Shown here piece after piece: positions 8,112 through 18,604 of a stretch of DNA of 64,000 nt. The DNA is from Ignavibacteria bacterium. GTDB taxonomy: Bacteria > Bacteroidota > Ignavibacteria > Kapaibacteriales > UBA4661. Position 1 is the stretch's first letter. Every line of letters begins with the position of its first letter. The stretch is taken from contig JAAFIV010000010.1 in NCBI GenBank assembly GCA_013298775.1, positions 69,049-133,048 on the forward strand, read 5' to 3'. The position numbers were made by a program, and so were the translations under genes. The notes under the pieces are model-generated. The model had not been told where the DNA came from, ran no database searches, and saw only the letters and a program-made list of their open reading frames with translations.

Positions 8112-11100
8112 TTACCGTACAATCACGAGCGGGCTTGAAAGCTGCGCCGAGCCAGCTTTCACCGAAACAATGTACATTCCTTGTGCAAGCAAATTCGTTG
8201 TCAGGGGAATCGTATTCATGCCGCTTTGCAGGGATGCCCGCATTACCAAAACACTGGCGCCCAAAACATTTCGTACCGTAATTTCCGCTTCGCTGCTTGC
8301 TTCCGATGGTATTGCCAAAAGAGCTTGTTCCGATGCGGGATTGGGGGCAATCATGAATGTTGCAGAGCGTCCGTGCGCATTTTTCACGCCAACAACCGAT
8401 GTTCCGCCCAGCGTGATAACACGCGATTCTCCACCTGCTGCGCCGCTTCTAGGGCTTGTGATGAGCGTTACCAAACTTGCCGATAAATTCGCCCAATCGC
8501 CGACCACAACCGTATGCCGCTCGTTTGCTTGCATTCCAATTCCCGTGAATTCACGCGAAACCGCGCCGCGCCGTAAGCGGAGCGTGTAGGTACGCGGTGC
8601 GCCGCTTCCTTCAATCACAGGCGTAGAGCCATTTTCCGATAACCGTAAGGAAAGAGAATCGTTCGCGCTGAGTGTGGTATTGGAAAGAAGTACCGTGTTC
8701 AAAGGGCTTCTCAAGCCGCTCGCGCCAGGCAAGGGGCGCATGACGTTAGTGAGTTCAACTGCGCTCAATGCCGCAGGAGAACTCAGCAAAATGAAGTCTT
8801 GTATGGTGTTGGTGCGGATAGTTTGTGCTTGCGTCAGCGAAGAAGCAAGCCACGATGCGGCTACATAACTATCGCCCTGCGTCAGCGCAACGGAATTGCG
8901 CCGTGCGGTGGAAACGGGCGTATAGCGTGTGGTCAATATCGCCATATCGCTGCTTGCGGGAAGGGCAAATCCTGAAATCGTGCTGCGGAAATTCGGTGGC
9001 GTACCAGATTCGCTCGTAAGAAACTCCGCACCTGCAATCGTGGGCTGTGTGGATTCCGCTCCAAAATTCGCAATGGCTTGATTTCCAGCATTCACCGTGC
9101 GTACTTGCGGTGTTGTGGGCGCACCATTGCTGCCCGTGAAATCCGCGCTGAAACTCAGGCTTGGAGCTGCCTCAATATCTCCAGAAGCGTTTGATTGTGC
9201 GAGTTTGGCGGGAAGCGGCGTTGTAGTAAATTTCGCCAATTTATTCGCTGGTGCTACCCAGCGAAATCTACCAGAGCCATCGTTGTTTGCGTTATTTGTG
9301 CCTCCCATACTCATCGGCGCGTAGAACCATTTTCCCTCATTGCGATTGATAACAACCGCTTGCGTGAGGCTGCCCGGATGATTGGGGTCGTACACGTAAA
9401 TGCTGTCAATAAGCTGTTTTGTGGCATTGCGCGAGGTCGTGATTTTGTAGGGCAATACCTGATGTCCTGCGCCGCCCGCCCATTTCTCTCGAATCGAAAT
9501 AAGGAGGTGTTGCTGGCGGTCTTTGGACTTGAGCGCACTGCGAATAAACTGTAATTCTTCCAGCACCGTTCCAGCACCTATTCCACGTCCTGCTTCCTGA
9601 TACGCATAATGGCGTTGGATGATGCGGCGAATATTTTCGTCGGTCAGTGTTGCGGGAAGATTATACGGTGCGCTCGCAAATTGATACGCGCTTTCACCAG
9701 CAAAATTCAGCAAAGATGTTCTGACAACACCCGCGCAACTGCCATCCCACAAGGCTTTGATAGCACCACCACTACCAGCACCCGTTACCCAGTCGTTGAT
9801 ATATTTTTGTGCAACCGCTTCTATGGTTCCTGGATAACGTGTGCCGTCTTCATACACGCTGCCGCCGAAAACACCGGTGCGATCCACAGAGGCAATAAAA
9901 TCCCAGAAGCCTGCATACCGCTCTGTTGTAAATTCGTTGTTCGCAAATTTCGTTCGCAGACCAGAGGGGAACGCGCTGGAACTGTAATTAAGATTGCCGC
10001 GAATAGCTGGCGACCAGAAATTTCCAATATCGCTATTGTTAAAAGCAAAGCCATGAACACGCACTTTGAAATCGGTTTCAATCGTTGAGTCCGCAACCGC
10101 TTCAGATGCGGCTTCGACCGACACCGCCGCCGCTTTGGTCAGAGTTACCGGTGCGTTTTGTACGCGAACATCGTAGAGACCAACGGCAGCATCCATTGGA
10201 AGCGTAAAAGTTGCCGAAAGTTGCGTTGCTGTCGCGCCTTGTGCAATCGCGCCCGTGAGCGTGGTCGCGCCAAAGACAAGCTGTATGCCGCTTGCATTGG
10301 CAAAATTTGTTCCTGAACCTTGTACTGCGAGAGTGAGCATTGCACCTTGTTTTGTGGTGCCGGGCGTTACGGTTGTCATTGCTGGAAGGCTTGGCACAAA
10401 GAACGTCCGCGTTTCTGACCACGGACTAAGCGCACCTGTTTGCGCGTTTCGCGCCCGCACCCGCCAGTAGCGCGTCTGAGCATTCGCGCCCGATGCAGGG
10501 CGGCTAATAGTACGAGGGCTTGTTAAACTCGCAGTGGGCGCACTGGTGAGCGGAGTAGCAAAATCTGGTGTGGATGCCGATTGTGCCTCATACTGGTTCG
10601 CACCTTGCACTGCGTTCCATTGGAGCGTGATGCTTGCCGATGCGTCCACTCCCGTTTGCGAGGTGAGAATAGCATTTTGAGTGGGAGAAACAAGTGTTGG
10701 TGCGGGAAGCGCAGCCGGTGGCGTAACGGTGAATTGCAGGGGCGCGGAATTTGCCGAAACGCTTGCAGTAAAGACTTGGATGGTGTTCGCGCCCTGCGCT
10801 GCATTGTTTCCGACGGTAAAGGCAATTTCTGTTGCCGACGCACTTTGAATCGTATGCCCAACCGTACCGCCAACCAAGACCGTTATGCTGTTTGTTGGCA
10901 AATTTGTTCCTTGAATTTTTACCTGCGTTCCGACGGCTCCGCTTGTTGGCACAAGTGCGGTAATCACTGGCGGCGGGGCAGATGCGTCGAAGGTAAACGC
11001 CGAGCCGCTTCCTGTGCCGGCGGGCGTGGTAACAGCCACCGAGCCGCTCGCGCCACTACCCACGCGGGCAGTGATTTGCGAGCCGTTATTGCTCAAAATT

Positions 11101-13967
11101 TGCGCCGCCGAGCCGCCGAGCGTGAGAGCCGTCGCGCCGTCGAAGTTCGAGCCGATAACCGTTACCACATCGTTTGTCCGAGCTTTTGTGGGAGAAATGC
11201 CCACAACAACAGGCAACGCCGCAAGAACATTGATGCCAACGCTTGAAACGGTGTTGTTTCCCGCCACGAGGGAAATCGGAAACATTCCAACCGTATTCGG
11301 TGTAAGCGTTACCAATACTTGCGTTGCGGTGTTCGACCCGACAAGCCCATTTTGGCTGCCAAAGGTTGCCGAAGCAATACCAAGCAGATTCGCGCCTTGA
11401 ATGGTGAACGTTGTTTGCTCGCCAACACGTGCTTGCGCAGGCGAAACAGACGCAATGCTCGGCATAGGCGGCACAAAGGTAAAGGGCGTGGCAGAGGTAA
11501 TAAGTGCGCCTTGTGAAAGCAAGGAAAGAAGCCCTGTGCCGCCTTCTGCGCCAACCGTCGCCGTGAGACTTGTGCCAGCAGCATTCACGCTCACATTTGT
11601 TGTCGCAAAATTCCCAAAGCTGACCGAGGACGCGCCCGTGAGATTTGTTCCCGTTATCGTTACCACCGTGCCTGGTCCGCCGCTTGTGGGCGAGAAGCTG
11701 GTGATGGTCGCAGGGGGAATGATAACTTCAAAACTGATACTGCTGGATGTCGTGCCGACAGGCGTTGTTACTTGCACCAAGCCCCCAGAATTGCCCGAAG
11801 TCAGCGTGATGCTTTCATCGCTATTGACGGTATAGTTTGGTACAGGTACGCCGCCAATGCTCACGGCGGTTGCGCCCGTGAAACCTTCGCCCGTTAGTGT
11901 TATGGGCGTTCCAGCAAAGCCAGCAACAGGCGTGACGTTGGTGATGGAGGCTTGGAGGGGAAGAACGGTCAGGGTTGCGCTTGTGGTGAGAGTGTAATCA
12001 TTGAGCATATTGCCGTCTGTGCGTGCAATTACAAGGGAAATCGTGCCAGACTGCGCTCCAATAGGTACGCGAAATTCTGCAACAAAACCAGTGGGATTTG
12101 TTGGAGCAACTGTACCAGCACCGTAGGAAAGAAGCGGTACTTGCGCACCATTCAGGCTGATTGACCGAACAAGTGTAAACGGCGATGTAAAGACGCGCAC
12201 AACTTCTTTGGGTCTGACGGTCGTTGGGGAAAATCCAGCAATGAAGGGCGGAATAATCACGATAAAAAACGAGTTCGCTTGCACGGAAGCATTTTGGGTG
12301 TTAATGGAAATAAGTCCTTGCTGCCCATTGCTAAAACCACTAGGGACGGTGGCAGTAATATTCGTGCCTGCGGCATTGACCGTAAACTGCATCGGCATAC
12401 CCGACAATTGGACACTCTGCACACCTGCAAAATTTGTTCCTGTGATAGTAATGGTACTGCCAGCTGCGCCAGAAGCGGGACTGAATCCACTTATGGTTGG
12501 CGGCTGTGGAGGAACGGTAAATGCTTGGGGTGCGGGTCTTTGTGAACCCAATGCTGATGATGGAGAAAAAAAGCCCGTCGGTAGCAACCTTCCGCCGTAC
12601 ACCTGCAAGACATTGAAGGTACTTGTGACGGCGTTGTTGGGTATGGTGAATCGAAGCGTCGAGTCATTGATGACTGTTGGTGCGGCAGATACAATGCCAC
12701 TTACGCTGCCTCGCATATCAATCCGTGCAGCGCATCCGAGATTCATTCCACGCACTTCTACAAGTGTGCCTGGTGGACCTGATATTGGTGAAAAAGAAAG
12801 AACCGACGGTGTTGCAAATCCACCAATGCGGATAAGTCCTGATGTTAAAACTGATGATGGCGTAATGATAGAAACTCTGCCTGTATCGGTCACTCCGCAA
12901 GGGACGATTGCTCGTATTCTTGTATCACTTTCAACAGTAAATTGCGCTGCCTGTCCAAACATAAAAACTTGCGTCGCGCCTGTAAAGCCGCTTCCGTTGA
13001 TAGTAACGCTTGAGCGGGAAATCAGATTGTCTGGCGGCTCAAGCGAGGCGATTCGGCTAACAGTCTGAGTAATACTTATCCATGAAGTTGATGATATTCC
13101 CGTTCCGCTTGGCGTAACGACGGAAATCGGCGATGTTGTTACTCCCAAAGGGATGACTGCTGTTATTTGCGTCGCGGAAATAACGGTAAAAGAAGTTGCA
13201 TTGAGCGTTCCAAAGCGCACTGCTGTCGCCCCTGTGAAGCCTATTCCGTTGATAAGGACAGTTGCTCCAGGTCCGCCAGCTTCGGGTGTAAAGCTCGTAA
13301 TGGTAGGCGCGGGCGGTGTTGTGGTTACTTGAAATGCTGTCGGCGTAATAATCGTGCCCGTGGGCCCAAAATACCCGATACTCGCATCACCAACACTCGT
13401 TCCGTTGGGAACAGTGAATGTAAATGCTGTCCCTGCGGCATTAACCGTCATTGGAACTTGTTGTCCTCGAAACAATGCGACAGTAAGTGAAGTATTAAGA
13501 TTAGCACCCGAAACTGTGACTACTGTTCCTGGAGGACCACTTGCTGGCGTGAAACCTATTAAAAAGGGAGAAGGAGTTACCGTGAAAGGTGTTGCGGAAA
13601 CAATAATAGTATCTGCAATAGGAGCAACGGTTTTCTGTACCGTAACTCTAATAAGTCCTGTTTGTGCGTTGGCAGGGACGACAATTCCAGCAAAAAATGC
13701 AAAACCAACTGGACTAACTCCCATAGCTGGGGATCCTCCAGAATTCAGAATTTGGGCAGGAACATTGCCGATGGAGGCTAAGTTTGATCCCAAATTGACT
13801 CCGCCAAATGTGTTAAAATTAACCCTGACGTATGTCCCTGGCGGTCCACTTGTCGGTGTAAAACTGGTAATGGTAATAGCTTGCGCAAGGAGTGTTGGCG
13901 AGGAGTGCAGCGAGGCGAGCAGTAATGCGCCGAGCAGCCAACAACGAAAGAGAGCAAAACGTTTCAT
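8112..13967 (-). CDS. giant cell-surface adhesin-like protein: signal peptide, many IPT/TIG repeats, FN3 domain, central globular domain, T9SS C-terminal sorting domain
   Basis: 1951 aa with repeated 'ITSFTP.SGPPGT.V.I.G.GFTGAT.V.FGG' IPT/TIG units. The FN3-like segment ends '...YWRVRARNAQTGALSPWSET'. The C-terminus 'GMYIVSVKAGSAQLSSPLVIVR' resembles the T9SS Por-secretion tail. Confidence 0.8.
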   Translation of the reverse strand: MKRFALFRCWLLGALLLASLHSSPTLLAQAITITSFTPTSGPPGTYVRVNFNTFGGVNLGSNLASIGNVPAQILNSGGSPAMGVSPVGFAFFAGIVVPANAQTGLIRVTVQKTVAPIADTIIVSATPFTVTPSPFLIGFTPASGPPGTVVTVSGANLNTSLTVALFRGQQVPMTVNAAGTAFTFTVPNGTSVGDASIGYFGPTGTIITPTAFQVTTTPPAPTITSFTPEAGGPGATVLINGIGFTGATAVRFGTLNATSFTVISATQITAVIPLGVTTSPISVVTPSGTGISSTSWISITQTVSRIASLEPPDNLISRSSVTINGSGFTGATQVFMFGQAAQFTVESDTRIRAIVPCGVTDTGRVSIITPSSVLTSGLIRIGGFATPSVLSFSPISGPPGTLVEVRGMNLGCAARIDMRGSVSGIVSAAPTVINDSTLRFTIPNNAVTSTFNVLQVYGGRLLPTGFFSPSSALGSQRPAPQAFTVPPQPPTISGFSPASGAAGSTITITGTNFAGVQSVQLSGMPMQFTVNAAGTNITATVPSGFSNGQQGLISINTQNASVQANSFFIVIIPPFIAGFSPTTVRPKEVVRVFTSPFTLVRSISLNGAQVPLLSYGAGTVAPTNPTGFVAEFRVPIGAQSGTISLVIARTDGNMLNDYTLTTSATLTVLPLQASITNVTPVAGFAGTPITLTGEGFTGATAVSIGGVPVPNYTVNSDESITLTSGNSGGLVQVTTPVGTTSSSISFEVIIPPATITSFSPTSGGPGTVVTITGTNLTGASSVSFGNFATTNVSVNAAGTSLTATVGAEGGTGLLSLLSQGALITSATPFTFVPPMPSIASVSPAQARVGEQTTFTIQGANLLGIASATFGSQNGLVGSNTATQVLVTLTPNTVGMFPISLVAGNNTVSSVGINVLAALPVVVGISPTKARTNDVVTVIGSNFDGATALTLGGSAAQILSNNGSQITARVGSGASGSVAVTTPAGTGSGSAFTFDASAPPPVITALVPTSGAVGTQVKIQGTNLPTNSITVLVGGTVGHTIQSASATEIAFTVGNNAAQGANTIQVFTASVSANSAPLQFTVTPPAALPAPTLVSPTQNAILTSQTGVDASASITLQWNAVQGANQYEAQSASTPDFATPLTSAPTASLTSPRTISRPASGANAQTRYWRVRARNAQTGALSPWSETRTFFVPSLPAMTTVTPGTTKQGAMLTLAVQGSGTNFANASGIQLVFGATTLTGAIAQGATATQLSATFTLPMDAAVGLYDVRVQNAPVTLTKAAAVSVEAASEAVADSTIETDFKVRVHGFAFNNSDIGNFWSPAIRGNLNYSSSAFPSGLRTKFANNEFTTERYAGFWDFIASVDRTGVFGGSVYEDGTRYPGTIEAVAQKYINDWVTGAGSGGAIKALWDGSCAGVVRTSLLNFAGESAYQFASAPYNLPATLTDENIRRIIQRHYAYQEAGRGIGAGTVLEELQFIRSALKSKDRQQHLLISIREKWAGGAGHQVLPYKITTSRNATKQLIDSIYVYDPNHPGSLTQAVVINRNEGKWFYAPMSMGGTNNANNDGSGRFRWVAPANKLAKFTTTPLPAKLAQSNASGDIEAAPSLSFSADFTGSNGAPTTPQVRTVNAGNQAIANFGAESTQPTIAGAEFLTSESGTPPNFRSTISGFALPASSDMAILTTRYTPVSTARRNSVALTQGDSYVAASWLASSLTQAQTIRTNTIQDFILLSSPAALSAVELTNVMRPLPGASGLRSPLNTVLLSNTTLSANDSLSLRLSENGSTPVIEGSGAPRTYTLRLRRGAVSREFTGIGMQANERHTVVVGDWANLSASLVTLITSPRSGAAGGESRVITLGGTSVVGVKNAHGRSATFMIAPNPASEQALLAIPSEASSEAEITVRNVLGASVLVMRASLQSGMNTIPLTTNLLAQGMYIVSVKAGSAQLSSPLVIVR

Positions 13968-14072
13968 AAGTTTTTCCAGTAATCAATTAAAATAAAAAGA
14001 CTTAATTTCACAAAATATCAAATAGCAGAACGAAAGTATTGTACGAATCGGACATTTTTTGTTTTCAATGGA

Positions 14073-15080
14073 CTACGCCCCAATAATCTTCTCCCCAAGC
14101 GCATGACGCTGCTCCAAAAACTGCATAGGCGTAAAGCCTGAAAACCGCTTAAAATCTCGGATTGCGTGTGATTGGTCGTAATATCCCGCCTCGTGAATGA
14201 TGGAATGAAACTGCTCCGAAGAAAGATGCTGCTGCGCAGGGAGTTGTTGGGCGGAATGAACAAGCAAGCGCGAAGCCTGCATAAAACGCTGTACTTCACC
14301 AAAAACCTTGCCCGTAATGCCAACGTATTCTTTCATAATGCGCTGCACGTGCCGCTCAGAAAGGTCTATTTCCTTTGCAATGGCTTCAATACTTGCTTTT
14401 CCATGAGTCGTGCTTAATCGTTGGCAGATGAAATCGGCTTGGTGAATATTCCGCTCGGTTACAAGGCTTGTCCGTGCTGTGTTTTGGCTGCGAAGGAGAT
14501 GGAGCAAAAAGCGTTCAAGGCACTCAGCGAGAAGGTGCAGCTTCGAGAAAAGTATAAGGTCTTGGTTATCAAACCAATGAGGCTGTTGCTCGCGGCGAAC
14601 ACGGTGATACATTTCTTCAAGCTCTGCCTGAATTCCCCCAACATGAGGAATAATGTCGCTTACAGGCACAAAAGCATTTTCGATTTGATTGAGGCTTCCC
14701 AAAGATTGTCGCATGAATGCTTGCAGCCCAATAGGCGTGAAAACCGCACCAAAAAGAGCGATATGCTCCGTGCTATTGAAACTGCTAAAATCTGGTTCGC
14801 CATAATTATTCTGTGAATGCTGCCCATGAATATACAGGCTATCCAAAGGTGTGTTTTTCTGCTTTTCGGAATAAACACGAAAACTGCCTTTGCCCGAAAG
14901 CGGTATAAGTAGTGCTGTAATGTTACTTGCGGGAACACTGAAATTCGATAATTGTTTCCCTCTCTGAACGGGAATTTCCATGAGCATAAAGGAGCGTATG
15001 AATGGCTTTAAAAGTGCATGATTCGGGGGAATATGCTGGACAAACATAGCAGTAATACCTTTGAAAGGAAAAAGATACAA
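14073..15080 (-). CDS. AraC-family transcriptional regulator
   Basis: C-terminal dual HTH ('...YYDQSHAIRDFKRFSGFTPMQF'). The ORF opens with TTG at 15080; the first ATG is at 15047. Confidence 0.75.
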   Translation of the reverse strand: MYLFPFKGITAMFVQHIPPNHALLKPFIRSFMLMEIPVQRGKQLSNFSVPASNITALLIPLSGKGSFRVYSEKQKNTPLDSLYIHGQHSQNNYGEPDFSSFNSTEHIALFGAVFTPIGLQAFMRQSLGSLNQIENAFVPVSDIIPHVGGIQAELEEMYHRVRREQQPHWFDNQDLILFSKLHLLAECLERFLLHLLRSQNTARTSLVTERNIHQADFICQRLSTTHGKASIEAIAKEIDLSERHVQRIMKEYVGITGKVFGEVQRFMQASRLLVHSAQQLPAQQHLSSEQFHSIIHEAGYYDQSHAIRDFKRFSGFTPMQFLEQRHALGEKIIGA

Positions 15081-15266
15081 GAACTTTCTTTGATATTTTG
15101 TTTCCGAAATCTACAAAAATCTTTGGCTATTTACAATAATCGTTGGGAATAGCGTTTCACCATCTTTAGCTCGACTTTTTACTTGTACCGAAAAGGTATT
15201 TTTCCGTAACTTTGTTGCTTCACTGAATACTTTTCCACTTCCGCACGGAGTCTGCATAGCGCGTCA

Positions 15267-17075
15267 TTGCTTCTTTTCAATATGTTTGTTCCAATTTTCG
15301 GAGAAGCTCGTTTGACACGTTTTTCTTTGCCAAAACCGCACAAAACCTTGCTTTGCGGCTTTTTCCTGTTGTTCACTCCTTTGTTTCTCGCTGCACAGCC
15401 CAACTCACAACAAAGTCCACAAACAACACCTACTCTCATTCCCGATATCGCTCTTAAAGCAATGATTCGAGATGTGTTGTTCTCCAACACCAAGCCGAGC
15501 GCGAGGAATACTGCGCTGTTTGAGCGTATTTTCTTGCCACACCATCAGTCGCCTCCAACCGAACTTCTTGTGCCAGAATTTCTCTTTGCCGAAGGCGAGG
15601 AAGTTCCGCCGTCGTATATCGTCCAGACCGCACAAAATCTTGTTTGGTCGAAGATGTTCCGCTCAGTGAAATTCTCTCTCGATACCACCATTGCCAAGCG
15701 TTTGGATGTGAATATTGACCTTGAAGAACGCCCAAGCATCGTACCATTTCTCATTGCGGAGGCGGGTGGTGGCGTTGGGTCGGCGGGTGCGGGCGTGGAT
15801 ATTGTGCAGCTTGGTGGCACGGCAACATCGCTCCGTGCGACAGCTGAGTACCGCACGATGAATGGCATTGGCTGGCAAGGCTCGCTCGACCTCGAATCGC
15901 GGCGGTTATGGGACTGGTTCAACTTGCGCGTGCATTTGCTGGCGCATCAGTTTCGGAATGAGCAAAAAGTGGAAATTGAACTTCCGTACTCGGTAGATTC
16001 GCCGTATTTCGAGACGCACCTTACCTATTCGCGTGCTGAGGGACGAGAGTTTTGGTATAATAATCCAACTGTCCTTCGTATGCCTGATGCGTCGGCATTG
16101 CTACCTGCATCGTTTGCATTAAAGCCATTTGAAAGCCATCTCGGTTCTGCTTTTATTGCGGTGCGGGGTTGGACGTGGGATAACGAATTCTACCTCCTGG
16201 GGCGCGTAGCTCTGGATGCAAGCAAACGTGCGGCGCAGGAGCAAAGCCGCGTAACGGATAATTCTGTGCAGGTGCATGGCGGATTGGCTCTTGAACGCCG
16301 TAATTTCGACCTTCCCGAAGGAATGGCGGATTGGACACGCTTCGGCAGACCAGAACTTGGTTGGTATCTTCATGGTTTGGCAGGAATTATCTCGACGGTG
16401 CTTGATGACCAACGCCGTAATCCCCCATATTTCCTTTTCCGTGGTGGATTGCAGCGATTTCTAGGAACAAGTGTCTATGCGTCAGTGCAAGGGGAGTTGA
16501 GCGGATTTCTCACAGGACAAGTGCTTTCGCTTCCTTGTTTGGCGTGCTGGTATGCTGGTCCTGGTACGGCGCATCTGCGTTTGTCTGTGCATTACGCACT
16601 CTCGCCAGAAATTGTTCTTGCAACCCGCTTTATTGCTGAAGGTGCAGATTCCCGTTTGCGCCCTCGTCATGGCGCGGGAACAGAGATGTGGGTGCGTGGA
16701 TATGGCGTGAATACGCTCATTGGCAGTGGAAGAATCATAGGGCAAATAGAAGTGCGCGGTATTCCAATTGCAGAAGTAGGTGTTTTTAAGGCGCGTGGAG
16801 CGGTGTTTTTTGAGGCTGGTCGGGTGAGTAATGTTAATTTTACAACAACAGCATTTGAATCAACGGGAGACTTGATTTCCTGCGGCGCAGGACTACGCTT
16901 ACATTATCCGTCGTTTGCTGGCGGCGAGGGAACACTGCGCGTGGATGTGGCGTACTTGCCTAATCTAGGACGCTTCGGACAAATTATTATCGCCACGCAG
17001 GAGGCGTTTTCGCTCTTTGAAGATTTCCCCGCAAAACAAGCGCGTATCTTGAATGAGCAGCGTTGGATTGAGTGA
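15267..17075 (+). CDS. outer-membrane beta-barrel protein (Omp85/BamA-TamA-like, tentative)
   Basis: Signal peptide 'FLLFTPLFLAAQP'. C-terminal half is rich in alternating aromatic/Gly beta-strand patterns. Family assignment is tentative. Confidence 0.45.
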   Translation: MLLFNMFVPIFGEARLTRFSLPKPHKTLLCGFFLLFTPLFLAAQPNSQQSPQTTPTLIPDIALKAMIRDVLFSNTKPSARNTALFERIFLPHHQSPPTELLVPEFLFAEGEEVPPSYIVQTAQNLVWSKMFRSVKFSLDTTIAKRLDVNIDLEERPSIVPFLIAEAGGGVGSAGAGVDIVQLGGTATSLRATAEYRTMNGIGWQGSLDLESRRLWDWFNLRVHLLAHQFRNEQKVEIELPYSVDSPYFETHLTYSRAEGREFWYNNPTVLRMPDASALLPASFALKPFESHLGSAFIAVRGWTWDNEFYLLGRVALDASKRAAQEQSRVTDNSVQVHGGLALERRNFDLPEGMADWTRFGRPELGWYLHGLAGIISTVLDDQRRNPPYFLFRGGLQRFLGTSVYASVQGELSGFLTGQVLSLPCLACWYAGPGTAHLRLSVHYALSPEIVLATRFIAEGADSRLRPRHGAGTEMWVRGYGVNTLIGSGRIIGQIEVRGIPIAEVGVFKARGAVFFEAGRVSNVNFTTTAFESTGDLISCGAGLRLHYPSFAGGEGTLRVDVAYLPNLGRFGQIIIATQEAFSLFEDFPAKQARILNEQRWIE

Positions 17076-17096
17076 ATCTCATCAACAATTGCAAAA

Positions 17097-17140
17097 AGAA
17101 AAGCCGCAGAAACGAGTGTTTGTGCGGCTTTTATGTTTTT
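17097..17140. terminator. bidirectional rho-independent terminator
   Basis: gccgcagaaac ... gtttgtgcggc stem followed by a T-run, between convergent genes. Confidence 0.65.
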
Positions 17141-17393
17141 ACTCTGAATCAGATTTGGGCTTGAGTTTCTCTTGCATCCATTTCATACTTTCGTTCATTG
17201 CTTTCATAGCCTGTTCAAGTGAATCGTCGTCATCCATTTTGCGGAGGCGCATCATGATTGGGTCTTGCTCGATACTGGCGTATGGAGGAATGTCTGTATC
17301 GGTAAAATACATATGGTCAAGTTTGTAGCTGATAATGTCGAGTTTGCTGGAGATGTTTCGCAACATCTGCAAAATTTCTGCATCGTAGCTCAT
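17139..17393 (-). CDS. small acidic hypothetical protein
   Basis: 84-aa ORF 45 bp downstream of, and co-directional with, the YfiR-like gene. No recognisable domain. Confidence 0.3.
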   Translation of the reverse strand: MSYDAEILQMLRNISSKLDIISYKLDHMYFTDTDIPPYASIEQDPIMMRLRKMDDDDSLEQAMKAMNESMKWMQEKLKPKSDSE

Positions 17394-17437
17394 AGTCTCA
17401 AACTTTCGATTACAATAACAAGAGAATCAACAAAACC

Positions 17438-17947
17438 TTATTTCACCTGGCTCGCAATACGGAACAACTGCGGATCTACTTCAATACCCGCCGCACCAAT
17501 ACTGGTCGTGTTTGCAAGGAGTGAAGGCTTACCACCTGCATTGATAATCGCCATCATTGCTGCGCCATCGGTGATGAAATCTTTGCTGCACGTGATGATG
17601 AATTTTTTGCCTACTTTTTTCGCAACCGCCGTCGAAACACCTGGAACGAGATACACAACGTTTCCTGCGGCTTTAGCAGCATTTGCTTCATCAACAGCAT
17701 CGGCTTCCAATCCTACGTTTTTGAATTGTGCGAGCAAATCGTCCTTTGATTTTGTACCTGCCGCCGAGTGAACAACGGTAATTTTCGGCGGACCAATTTT
17801 CACATACGCAAAAACCTTCTTGAAAATAGCGGCTTGCAAATTTGCCGGAACGTCCAAATCCTGTGCCGAAGCGGTGTTCACGAACAAAGCGCAAACGGCG
17901 AGAGCGAGAAATGATGAAGTTGCAAAGCGTTTTACGAGAGAAGTCAT
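17438..17947 (-). CDS. YfiR-like (DUF4154) periplasmic protein
   Basis: Signal peptide 'FLALAVCALFVNTASAQ'. Size of about 170 aa and overall composition resemble YfiR-family proteins. Assignment is from memory only. Confidence 0.45.
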   Translation of the reverse strand: MTSLVKRFATSSFLALAVCALFVNTASAQDLDVPANLQAAIFKKVFAYVKIGPPKITVVHSAAGTKSKDDLLAQFKNVGLEADAVDEANAAKAAGNVVYLVPGVSTAVAKKVGKKFIITCSKDFITDGAAMMAIINAGGKPSLLANTTSIGAAGIEVDPQLFRIASQVK

Positions 17948-18112
17948 ACGGATAACTCCAAAAAATATGGGGAAATAAAAATGGTTAGATGGTTTGGTTT
18001 GATTACGTGATTTTACGCCACATTGAAGGCTGTTTGCACGATTGCTTCAGCGTGATTGCACGGTAAGAATCAAATTTACAACAAAACCGTTATCATCAAA
18101 AGGAAAAATCGT

Positions 18113-18316
18113 ATGTTGAATCGCATCGTACCGCAAACGTGTTCTAAGTCTTTGAGAATCCATGCGGGCAAAAGGTTTAAGAAGACAGTAAAGCCGCGCG
18201 ATTCCATGCCGAAGGAGATTGTTTTTGCTATTCGCAACTATTTCACCAAATTTGCCGCACGCAGCAACGAATTGCCTATTTTCATCATCTCATTTCTTGG
18301 AAGCACCATTATATGA
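18113..18316 (+). CDS. small basic hypothetical protein (67 aa), translationally coupled to DUF1294 gene
   Basis: Its stop overlaps the DUF1294 ATG in an ATGA arrangement (18313-18316). Lys/Arg-rich. No homology recognised. Confidence 0.3.
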   Translation: MLNRIVPQTCSKSLRIHAGKRFKKTVKPRDSMPKEIVFAIRNYFTKFAARSNELPIFIISFLGSTII

Positions 18317-18591
18317 GCCTTTCAGACTACTACACGCTCTGGCTTGCCACCACAAGTTTTATCACGTTTGCGTTATACGGCATGGACAAATTTCAAGCAA
18401 AACAAGGCAATCAGCGCGTTCCCGAGCGAACCCTGCATTTATGCGCCCTTGTGGGTGGTTTTTTGGGCGGATGGATTGGGCGTTTGGCATTTCGGCATAA
18501 GACGCAGAAACCTATCTTTACGGTCGTATTGCTCGCGGCAACGGCTCTGCATCTGGCGGGTGCTTGGTTTATCTTTTTTAGAATGAAATAA
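18313..18591 (+). CDS. DUF1294-family small membrane protein
   Basis: 'YGMDKFQAKQGNQRVPERTLHLCALVGGFLGGWIGRLAFRHKTQKPIF' matches the DUF1294 signature recalled. Confidence 0.65.
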   Translation: MSLSDYYTLWLATTSFITFALYGMDKFQAKQGNQRVPERTLHLCALVGGFLGGWIGRLAFRHKTQKPIFTVVLLAATALHLAGAWFIFFRMK

Positions 18592-18604
18592 TTTTTGGAA
18601 AATG

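Noticed and set aside
8170-13995. Many 60-290-aa ORFs on the + strand and in other frames inside the adhesin gene
   Set aside because: They lie entirely within the 1951-aa TIG-repeat ORF. They show the Pro/Gly/Val/Thr-rich composition typical of repeat-driven antisense artefacts.
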